Positions 35,501-47,500 of a DNA stretch of 64,000 bases are shown here, piece after piece. The DNA lies in contig JBITNC010000001.1 of assembly GCA_050084985.1 (NCBI GenBank), positions 43,028,001 to 43,092,000 on the forward strand. The letters are read 5' to 3'. Position 1 is the first letter of the stretch. The number at the start of each line of letters is the position of its first letter. The stretch comes from Nageia nagi (lineage: Eukaryota > Plantae > Pinophyta). The position numbers and the translations under genes are program-made. Under the pieces are notes generated by a model, which was not told where the DNA came from, did no database searches, and saw only the letters and a program-made list of their open reading frames with translations.

Positions 35501-38500
35501 TTGGAAACATAGTTGGGCAATTGATAGGCCTTCAGAAATATTTCAAGTATTAATGCTTTTGGAAGGAAAATCTTAAAAAAATTTGCAGTCACAGTTACGG
35601 ATTATATTCGGTTAGAAAAAAGTGGAACCAAGGCTTGAAAGGATGAGATATTCAATCAGTATTCTACATAACCAGGCTAGAAACAAATTGGAAGTTAAGA
35701 CTCAATGTTTTCAATTAGAATTCTTGGCATTACATGCTGCTTTGGGACAAACTCCACTAGAGAGTATACAGAAAAATTGGAAAGAAGTTTGGGAAAGGAA
35801 GATCTGCCAAAGGTTAAGACCTTTATCTGATTCGTATTCCATAAGAAGATGCTTACATGGAAAACCATTACTAGAAGATTATTTGAATGACCTATTTGGT
35901 ATTTGGTATATACTATGCAATCAAGAGGAAGAATCAATTGATTTGGGAAGTTTGGTAAAGGTGTATGAGAAACTTGGGCAATGACAATGAACATGGACAT
36001 TTCAGTATGTATCCACAACTCAAATGTAAATTAAAAGCAAAAAGCTTGAAAAAGATCATGGAGGTTGGACATGGAATAATATGTTGAACAATTTGGTTGG
36101 AACAGAATCAGAGGATATTCAAAGGGAAAAACATATCAATGAGTTGAATGACAAAAAAGATAGCAGCTTGAATTCAAGCACATGAGTGTTCTATATCCAA
36201 TGAACCTAACCCAAATGCAAAGCTATAATGATGTATAATTGTAGCAAATACATCAAGTGGGAACTTGATTTCAGAGCAAGTAGAAAAGTTCTGAATTAAC
36301 TTCAATTCACTCTCAACCAGGAACACAATGGTTGCAATTAAAGTTTGATGGAGCTTCAAAAGGGAATCCCAGAAAGGCACATGAGCCTTTTATATCCAAT
36401 GAACCTATGCCAAACACAATAGCTATAATGATGGCTAATTGCAGCAAATACATCAAGTGGAAACTCTATTCCAAAACACGTAGAAAAAGTTCTGAATTAG
36501 CTTTGATTCATTCTCAATCAGGAACAAGATTGTAGCAATTAAAGTTAAAAATGTTTAAAATGGACAACTTCAGAATCATAAGTAATAAAATGATAACTTT
36601 ACTGTAAAAAATTAAAAATTATGACATGTATAGATTTCATAAACTAAAAAAAGAAAATAAACCTGGCTATCAAGGGCTCATAAAAGAATTGGATTATTGT
36701 TAGCATAGAATGGAAGTAGAGAAATGTTAAACACATTTCAAAAGGATAAACAAGTGAGAAATTTTCTTTAATGACCCACAATTTAAGAGGAGAATAAAGA
36801 AAGGCTCCTTTGATTCTACCAACTAAGGAAATACTACAAATGCTCATCATTTTACAAGGTTCCTTTAATTCTGTAAACTAAGGAAATACTACAAATGCTC
36901 ATCATATTACAAGGTTCCTTTAATTCTGTAAACTAAAGAAATACTACAAATGCTCATCAAATTACAAGGTTCCTTTGATTCTACAAACTAAGGAAATAAT
37001 ACAAATGCTCATCATTTTACATCATCATACACAACTGTAAGTTTCTATACCTTACGAAACCCAATTTTCCCCAAAAGTGTCTTGTACATTCTTACAACTT
37101 CTGCACCCTATACCATGCAAAGGATTAGCTTTATCAGTACACATCAATCTAGAACCAATAAAATCATAACTAATAGCATGAAACTATTGAATAATTCTAA
37201 ATAGAGATATTGCTTACCTTCTCATATACCTAAAAGCCAATGTCAGACAAGGGAAGTCGAGATTATGCACAACAAAACATTGGACATTAGACCAACAATA
37301 TATAAGATAGCTGTAAAAAAATCTTAAAAATTAAGGAAAGTTACGAAATAAATTACCGTCACTGTAATAGTTGGTGAAGATTAATTTCCATTTATCCAGC
37401 AAAACAAGTAACCATTAGACTACGACTCAAAACTAAAAAGATTTCTCATTTAATAATCAAGTAGCACGAGTTAAAAAAACATATATCAAACTTAGATCTC
37501 ATTCATTTGAATATGTTTCTATACGAATTTTGGCACAAAAGCTCAATTGTGAGATACATAATTACCTGTATAAAAATTGTCCATCTATTGTAAGAAGGCA
37601 AACCAGCAAAAGATCAGTACGAATCCAAAACATAAATGAAGAAAACCACAGATTAAATCATGAAAAGTCAACTAACATTTTAAAGGTACCTTAATATATG
37701 AATGTGGGCGTACAGGGTGAGACATGGGACCAGCATCCTGTTTTCATATTCCACATGATGTTAATATAATAGCCATTAAGATAGATATTCTGCATATTCA
37801 TCACCAAAAACAAATAAAGTATCTGAAAAGTGGTGTTTATGTAACTTTGAATACAAAACATAAGTCAATCATATTTATTGTTTTCAACCTTCAAAATGCT
37901 ATATAAATGAAGCTATATTGCCAAAATAATAGGTGTTGATTCCCTGCAAGTAGGTTTAAATTATACATATGAAATCCAGTATTTAATGAAAAAAAATCAC
38001 ATCCAACGGTATTGTTTCCTAGACGTGACCTATAACTATAGCTGTATTGTTAAACATATCGCATACAGAATTTTGTATTGTATGTTTGAAAGTTACAATA
38101 TAATTCTTTAGTTTTAGAAAGCATTATAGATTAAAATGTTGTTATTGAAATAGTTCAGAATCATAAAATTTCATATCACGCTGAAAAACATTATTAAGAA
38201 GACAATTTGACGAATAATCAATAAATGCAAGAATGGGCGGACAAGCAACGCTATGTGACACTAGGTAAAAAGCAAATTAAATGTCAATAATTAAAAAACT
38301 CCGCAAGCTAAACAGATGTTCAATTAGAGATTTTATCCAGCAGAAGTATGATCAGGCCCTCATTCTTGTTGTAGTAGACAACCAAGTTATTCCTCATAAC
38401 ATAGATGAATAAAAGTTGCAGAATATTTCTGGAGATGCTGCATCTTGCGTACAGCTAGCTAATGTATTAATTTCCATTCATGAATTTGACAGTTCCATCC

Positions 38501-41500
38501 TTAAAAATAAATATGACAATATGGCCAATTGCGTATTAAGCTGCTTTTCAAGCGTAAAAAATTCTCATTGCAATTCTAAATTAGACTGAATTTTAATCAA
38601 ATCTGAATATCATCTAGAACCATTTCTTCATGCCATTTTGTGGGTTTTTCCATTAAGTGAAAAAATTAGCTAAAGGCAATTTATTTCAATTATTTGAAAC
38701 AATCAAAAAGACAATGTAGGGAAAATTAGGCCTATAATATTTTAACTTGTTTGATGCAAACATGGTTCTTGAAATGCAGAAATCTGGACTAGCAAATATC
38801 ACTCATAAAGCCTGCAAATCTGTTACAACCAACATTGCATGCAGTAGCGGGGATGGGAACTGCGGAAATGTTTATCTGGGAACAATGGGGCGATGAAGAC
38901 TCATTTTTAAGAAACAAGGAGGATGATATATATATATATAATAATAAAAAATACAGAAACTTTAACTTATTTAATCTGAAACTGTAACCAGGGAACGTAT
39001 CCTATGGAGTTTCATTGTATCCAGAAATGAGGATACAAGGATACCGCCCTTTTAGACAGGGAAACATGTATCCTACGTAACACAGGTTACAACTTACAAC
39101 TTATGACCCTTGCATAGACCATGTCAGCTATCTTTAATTTTCTTGATTCAGGACCAGGGCAGAGGGATTAGCAATTGAAAATATTTTCCTGGCAATTGTG
39201 AAAGGTAAATTTGACAATTGAGTGAAATTACAGCTGATAAACTCCACCAAGATTCGTATCTTATTCTAATCAGGTATGCATATTGCAGTTATTTTTTGCA
39301 AATATTTTTCATTTGTATGGTGTCTTTCATTGGGGGATCTAAAGATCAAGACAATCCAATATCAAAATTCTTGACATTTTTCAAGAATTTTTGAGAATCC
39401 ATCTTCAGCTGAGATTAAAAAGAATATCAGGCCCACATTTACCCCATTTGGATACCGTCCATATTAAATACATCTTTAGAAGATTATCACCAACAAATGT
39501 TACATTGGTCCCAGAAATAAACCATCCTCTAGAAAAGAACTTTTCACAAATAGTGTGGTGTACAACATAGATCACCCACAATCAGCCCACTTACCTAAAA
39601 TCTAAAACCTCAGAACTTTTCAATCTTCCGGTTGGACCAAATTTCCTGTACCTTGTAACTATCCTAATTTTATTATTCCTATATTATTGTGTGATGCATG
39701 GAAAGGCTTTGATTTTCTGTTTATGCTACGTGCTCTTTGGTCTATAATTTACTTCATTAATTGTTTATTCAAAAGCCTTGTGACAATACATATCCTCAAT
39801 AAAAATCTAGCACTATGCTTGTTTAAGAAATGGTTGTGTTTATTCCTATCCACAAAGCCCTTTCTATTAGTTGTGAAAGTTCCTCACACAATGCTATTGT
39901 CATCATAACCTAGTAAAACAAAAAGAGGTTTTCAGTAGAATCAGTACCCATTTTCTTCTTTGGATAATAATCTAGCCAGAATTTCTTAAAATAATAAAGC
40001 CATTGTCGTATCATCATGTACTCCAATTCATGATTAGCTTTACACAACAAAGAGAAGCTCTCACAGGACAAAAAAGGCTATGGAAAATGTAGATGATTTG
40101 CCTTTAGGCTTTACCTGAGGAAATTGATAGTTACGTAGCTTTGCAACATCTCCGATTCGCTTAACAGCACGACTACCCATGTCAGATGAAAACTCCTGCA
40201 AAAACAAGTAAAGACAATAAACTAACAGGACAGGAGGAAAGAAAAAGGCCTTAACTGTCTTGCAAATCAAATCTATCAGCTCACCTGATCTCGAAAAACA
40301 GTAAGGCCTTCCTTCAAACTTAGTTGAAACCAATCACGACATGTTACCCTGTGTCATCAGGAAACAGAACAAGGGTTAGCATTTGACGGAAAACAATCAC
40401 TAATAATTTAATAATACTATTAATTGAATTGTTATAATTTACATAACCAACCTGTAATAGTAAAGACACAAGGACATTCAACTAAGTAAATAATAGAATC
40501 CGCTCGACGAACAAATGCATGTAAGTCAAACTCTAAAATCCTAAAAAGTGCCAGTGGCAATTAGAAAAATTGATGTTCTAGTTAGGGTATATCTTAAATC
40601 CTCCTATGTTTCGTGGTCTAAAACAGAAATGACTGACAAGATGTATAGAAATCTCTATTACCAAATCTTATCAAATAAAAGCAAATAGTATTTTTTACCT
40701 ATTGCCTGTCCAGTTGTGGAAATACTGCAAAAGACAAGAAACCACCGGCAAAAGCAAAATTAATATAACTAATCTTTTCTGAGACATTAAGTGCAAAATC
40801 CATGTCTGCATATCTTGTTTCCTTGAAAGAAACATACCTCGTGGCCAATAACACCTAATATAGCAGCATAGTCTGCATCTGTTGCTGTTTCTGGGGATGC
40901 TAAAACAAGTCTTGAATTGAATATCTGTATGTGTAAATGCTGTTACAACTTCTTGCCTTTGCAATCCAACGGGTATAATCCATCAAGGAATTGTAGAAGC
41001 GTAAGAAACAAAAATAATCAAAAGCATATAACATACATTGAGACTTTTATTCTCCATAGCTCCCCTGTGCACATAAACAATATGAAAGAAAAAAATAAGA
41101 ATGTATGGTACAAAACCTCCATATGAAAAATATAGATTTTCTAAGCCCAAAAGTTCCATCCATGTCTTTGGCACAGCAAACTATTGCAGTCTACACACTG
41201 TAATTGATACATCAATGTGTACTGAAACCAAGGTTGTCATTGGCCTCTATACTTTAATTCAACACATCAGCAACAACTAAGACACGTATATAACTATTGT
41301 CTAGAGAAGTACAATAATTTCTCACATGTTAAAATCTGGTACTGCAACAATGTTAAACAAATCAAGATCATACTCCAGACCAAATACCTGTCAAAGAAAA
41401 AAATCAATAGAAAAGTCAGAATCTTGACATGAAACCTTACTTCAAGATTAATACAGTTAAAAACAAAAAAAAATATAAACTCACATCTTCATCCCACTTC

Positions 41501-44500
41501 ATGGCTGCCTTGAGAGAATACATCGCATGGGCTGTCTTGGACACATCTTGGGAAGGAGTCCAAATGCTAAGTGACACCTGGCGTCCTGATCGTGTAGTGA
41601 AAGTGTCATCTCTACTAACCAACTGGCCTGCAACCAATGCAAACAGGTAGCTAGGCTTCTTGAAAGGATCCTCCCAGACAGCATAGTGCATTCCTTCCTG
41701 TGAACAGAGAAAATTAACAAGTTATAATACTTGCAACAAACATACTGTGTACTCGAGATATATTTCATACTGAAACGTGCATACCTCAAGATCTCCCTGG
41801 TCTACTAGGTTTCCATTAGACAAAAGCACGGGGTAGAGTTTTTTATTGGCCTCAATTCGGGTAGTGAATTTTGCCATTACATCTGGTCGATCCTGCATTA
41901 TATGAATCCAAATTGGAATCCTAGTCATCCTAAAGCTAGGAAAATAGAACATATGCAAACTTGAAACATTCTGACGATAAATTTAACATGTTAAAGGCGT
42001 ACCATATATATGAAATAAATTACAGAAATAAACATTTACCTTAGTAAGAAATCAACAAAGATAAAAGCACACCCATTACACAGAATTTGAGAGGGAAACT
42101 TTTATGATTATCAATAAAAAAAAATACTCTATCTCAGCAATTATTATTAATCACAGGAATTTGAGATATACAATACAAAAAAAATAGATAGAAAAAAGTG
42201 ATGTATATTCAACAATAAGCTTGAGTTTTGTTAGCCTGTCCATGGAAGGTGGATTGGTAATGTGGGTAATTTCCATTGTGGAGACCCAAGTTCAAATCTC
42301 AACACTCTTCCAATGCAGGCTCCTGAGTTTCAGTACCCTTCTCTGAAATTAAGAAAGTGGTTTGAGAAATAACTTAATTCTCATTAGTTATATATGTGTA
42401 TACATAGATCAATCTATTAGAGATTATCTAAGGGTTGATATAAAGACATTATTGTGTAATCCAACAATTGTGGTTAAATCACATGGATTGGAAGGACTTC
42501 TTGTGCCTATTGAAAGGCTACTCCTAGCAGTCATTTGTAAGCTTCTAACAAGAATCATTGTTCAATTATTATTGTGACATCGTTTTAAGGCTTAACCATC
42601 CACCATATTCTTGTGCATTATTCTCTTCTATTTTTGCTTCAAACATTGCTTTGTGTGGAATTCTCATGGTGTAATTTTTCAACAATACTGCATAATTCTT
42701 CAATGTATACATGAATATGTTTTTTATTAAAACCACAATAAAAATGAAGATAAACTACATTCCCTGAACAGGAAAAACAATGAGACGATTGACATATTCT
42801 TCCCCAAGTTTGTACATAACTCTTTAAAATCAAGTATTTGAAAAAAAGTCTCAAGAGAATATCAAGCCAAATCAAGATACAGAATATAAAAAAACACACA
42901 CCCATTTGACAACAGCAATATCAAGAGAGAAAAATACTATAACAAACCTGATAGAAAATAATTTTGCGGAAACCTTCTGCTTCACACTGAGTGCAAAAGT
43001 TTGAAGATGATTTGTATAGACCCTGTTAAAAGAACAATCTACAGTTCAAATACAATAAAGGAATGCTAACAGATTATCTGCTAAAATTCCACTGTTTAAG
43101 TAATTTTTACCTCTAAAGATGTATTCTTCTGAGGGTATATCTCTGTCTCTACTTCCAGTGTGAATAAAGATTTTGGAACAGACAACAATGTAAGATGGCG
43201 AGGAGTCAGTTGAAATCCTCCTTTCTGCAAAACATCATTACCACGAATTAATCAGAAAAGAGAAGCAGAGGAAGAAAGGGTGGGAAAAAAAAAACCATAT
43301 AATATGATTAAAAAACAATGAAACAGGATTTACAAGAATTGATGAAAATAAAACTAAATTTGACAAAAAGTACAAATCATTACTGATATACGTAAGTCAT
43401 TAACCATGGCATGAGTAAAGACCAAAAAGCTTCAACAGGTAGAACATGGAAAACTGCATGGAGATAGCAACATAAGATGGAAAATCATGTGTAAGGCATG
43501 CATATATTGTCAGAAAGCAAAGAGACCACAAAATGCAACAGGCTTATTTTTTATGATGTGCTAAGAAGGTATCAAGTTATTGAAGTCATGTCAAAAATAC
43601 CTGATAAGAAAATGGGGCCTCCAAATTCATTAAATTTGAAGATCATTTTTTACGAAATGCTTAGATAGAAACATGCTAATTCAAAACCAAGGTAAATATT
43701 GTGACAATATAGTCCACTCAAACACACGATAACACGTTAATAATATATAGAATGTGCACTAACTTGGTCAACTTCTACTACAACTTAAAGTGTTAATTTT
43801 CTAAATGAAATTAGTCACCATCTGCATGTGCACGTTGATAATATCTCTAAAAGTGTTAATTTTCTAACTGAAATAAGCCACAGTCTGCATTCACACATGG
43901 TTAATATTGCTAACTAATCCTAGTCACTCTTAGTAACAAAATATCCTAATCAATATTAGGACACAGTCGATATTGGTCATCTTAATGCAATCACATGTCC
44001 TCCCTCAAATTAGGTAGGAATGTTTTTATTAGTAAAAATCACATGCTGACAAGCATATGCCTGTTTTTCTTATAAAAGCATGTGCATGTTAAACATCATG
44101 CACAATTTGCAGCCCCACTATTACATGGAATAAATGTCATGATGCAGTTTTCTAGACTTATAGTTAGTACTAACTATGTATGTCACTTCTAACTTTTTTA
44201 TTTATAACACAAAAGAATTCATGGTCAAGTTTGGTCTAGCCCAACAAGCCAAACGTGAAATGTTATAATGACAAAATTATTTGCAGCATTGAAATCCCTT
44301 TCCCTTTTAACTTGTACAATGGATTCAAAGATGAAACCTAGCAAACAACTACATAGTATATACGCAAAATTTAACAATGAGATCTGAAAATTGCCAATAA
44401 TGATACTAAATGTTCAAAAAGTAGAAAAGGATCAAAAGGGTGGAACGGCCATGGAGAGGTTATCAATCAGGTAATATCGAAAAGATCAAAATTGCCAATA

Positions 44501-47500
44501 ATGATAATAAATATACATTCCTGATGGCCAACATACTCTTGAGGCAACCAGATGGAACAAGAAATGCAAACAGAGGACAAAAAAGCAATGGCTAATTTTT
44601 TAGCATTTTTGCAACATACAATCATATGCTACAGATTCACCATACAATGATGCTTTGTGAATGCTTTGACAACTATTGGTGAGTTCAAAACCTCAACATC
44701 TCATGAGTTAAGAGGACCCCTTCTTGCCCAACGTGTAGAGAATGTGCATGTGCTTGTTGAGGAATAGAAAAAAATACGGGTGAAGAAGGGTTGCACAATT
44801 ATGTTTGATGGATGGACAGATGCAAGAGATGAACACTCATCAATTTTTTGGTTACATTTTTTGGTTACTTAAGCAGGAGGCATTGTGTTTCTGATATCAG
44901 TAGATGCTTCCAATAAAATCAAATCAGATAGAACATTGTTTGAGCTAGTTGAGGAGGTAATATTGGTCCAAATTATCACTCATAATACAGCTGCATGTGT
45001 GGCAGCAGAAAGACTTCTTGAGAAGAGGTTTCCTGCTATTTTTTGGACACTTCTCCAAAAATTAAAAAGAGGTTTATCGAACTCAAAAAAAATATTTAGA
45101 ATCAGATTTCTTTCATAATTTTTTTCTGCATGATTGTCGAATAATTTGCCATGTTTTGTAATAAACTATTTGTATGTATTTTGATGACATAAACTCTGTG
45201 TATTCGTAATTTTAAATGCAAAAAATTTGTTCACTTTATCTAAAATCCATTTTTTGGGGATTTTTTACCACGTAATTGCCAAATCACCATTCATCTCCTG
45301 ATCAATCCAAACGATTAATGGCTGATTCCACATTTTAAAACACTATTATCAATAACATAATTTAGAACCGTATAAACTATTATCATATGCACGGGCTTAC
45401 CAAATCCTATCAAACATCCCTAAAGCCGCAATGTTAACTAATTCTTTTCTCAAATATATCATTGCTAAATTTCAAATGCTTCCCCATTATACATTTCAAG
45501 ACCTCAGCGCTTGTAATATTAAAGTTGTTTAAAAACAAATATTAATCCACCAATTAAGAGTATAGACAACACAAAAAATACAACAATTCTGATCATTAAG
45601 TTCAATGCTCAAGTTAAGATATAAATGTGCTACTACTTAAATACTTCAGAAACTTTAAAAAAATCTCAATGGTCAAACTTTAAACAACTGCCATGAGTCA
45701 TATTTATCCAAAAACCAATGGAATTGAAACCATCAATGCATACCTCCACTTCATTTCCATTTACTCTGATAGAAATCAACTTAAGGTCACGTCCATCCAA
45801 CACTAAAGGCAATTCCATGCCTGCATTTTTACCCAATAAGTTTCAGCTAAGTGCCAAATACATAGTGCACAACAAAAAAATTGATTAGTACAAATTACCT
45901 AACTCTTAAAGGTTTGTTAAGACCACTAACAGACTTTCTACAACCAAAATTGACAGCTAGAAGTCCATAAGCAAAATGTGTCAATATCCATTTCCTAAAA
46001 GTCGTGTTCCTACAAAATACAGGTCTATTAAATAAAATACTGAATGTGCAAGTGAGGTGTAAATGTTACAAATCAATGACCAATGATAAACTAGTAGCTA
46101 ACATACCTAATGCCATGTTATATTAATATCTATAATAGTAAGTACAGTACCTTCAACTCTGGGCCGAACAGCTATCGTTGCCAATACTCTTGTTTTCTCC
46201 TCACCCAATACAAATTTCAGGTCCACCTACCACATACAGCATCAATCAATGTGATTTATAACTACCTAGACTTTCAAACTAACCAAAAAATTTAATTGAC
46301 ATTCTTTCTATAAAACAGTTGAGATATAGAATGGGGAAAGAAAGGAAAACTCAAAACTTTAAAAAATATGATGACTTCTAATGTCACAAGAATTCTCATC
46401 AAATTACATACTCTATGCATGGAATATTGTGAAAAGTAAATGTGTAAATGTGTTTTGTCATGTGATATTTAGTCCTCACTGACTGAATGTACAAAGTAAG
46501 AGCAAGTGTCAACAACTGAAAGTGAAAAGGAAAAAACTTGGAACAATTCCAATCATTAAAATAAGAAATAAGTTTTGAAAAAATTAGCTAAGATTTTCCC
46601 AAACTTTTCACAAGCTTTCAATTACTCGCAGGTTAATTCAAATAATTTCAAGCAATTCATAAGTTTGACCAGGATTTTATCATTTAAAATTTTAAACCAC
46701 GGCCAAATTAAGAGTTTCCTCTGCTCATGAAAGAAGAATGAAGAGTGCTTGATAATCCATATAAGTCGTGGAATCTGGATTCTATGGATTATCATATCTA
46801 CAACAAGGAATTTCAGGGAATGACTAATTGTTAAATATAAGTAAAGTTGGTTTAACTGATGCTTCACCGCAGCATGTTGGATTAATAGTCTAAGGTGAAT
46901 CGTATATGATTGTCATATATCTCAAATACCAATGGCCTACTTTAGAAATCTAATATTTTAGGATAAAGTATAACATGGACTCTACATCTACAACATTGTT
47001 TCAAGCAATAAGAGGAAAAACTCTCAAGAAGTCTTCCATTGTTCTAGTCTACAGGAAATGGTCAGATGTGTGGTCAATTAGCTTCATAATTCATCCTCAT
47101 ACAAATTACTAGGAGGAATCAATGATGTCAACGATAGCCCAAGAGAACTCATAGAGGTCTGTTTTATCCATAGGGAATATCCTGCTGGAGAATATGAATT
47201 CAATTTGGAAATTAAAAATTGAAATGCCATATTTGCATAGTAAAGCAAAATATCTAAGTTACTCAGCGTTATGATACTTTCCTATATTCCTCTTGTAGAC
47301 AAAATAATTTATGAAATGTACTGTCCCGTGAGATTGCAGTAACTATATGATATTTCTTGTTTAACAATTAGAATTTGTCATTTTCTATTTGGATGCTTTA
47401 AACTCCAAAAAGATTTTTTATTCCATCCTACCAGTATTAAAATATTTTTACCTGTTAGAAAATAATAAGAGAACAATTTAATAAACATCCAAGATGGCAC

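Noticed and set aside
36801-37020. CRISPR array or C/D snoRNA cluster
   Set aside because: No unique spacers and eukaryotic context; box C-like ATGATGA is present but there is no CTGA box D in the unit
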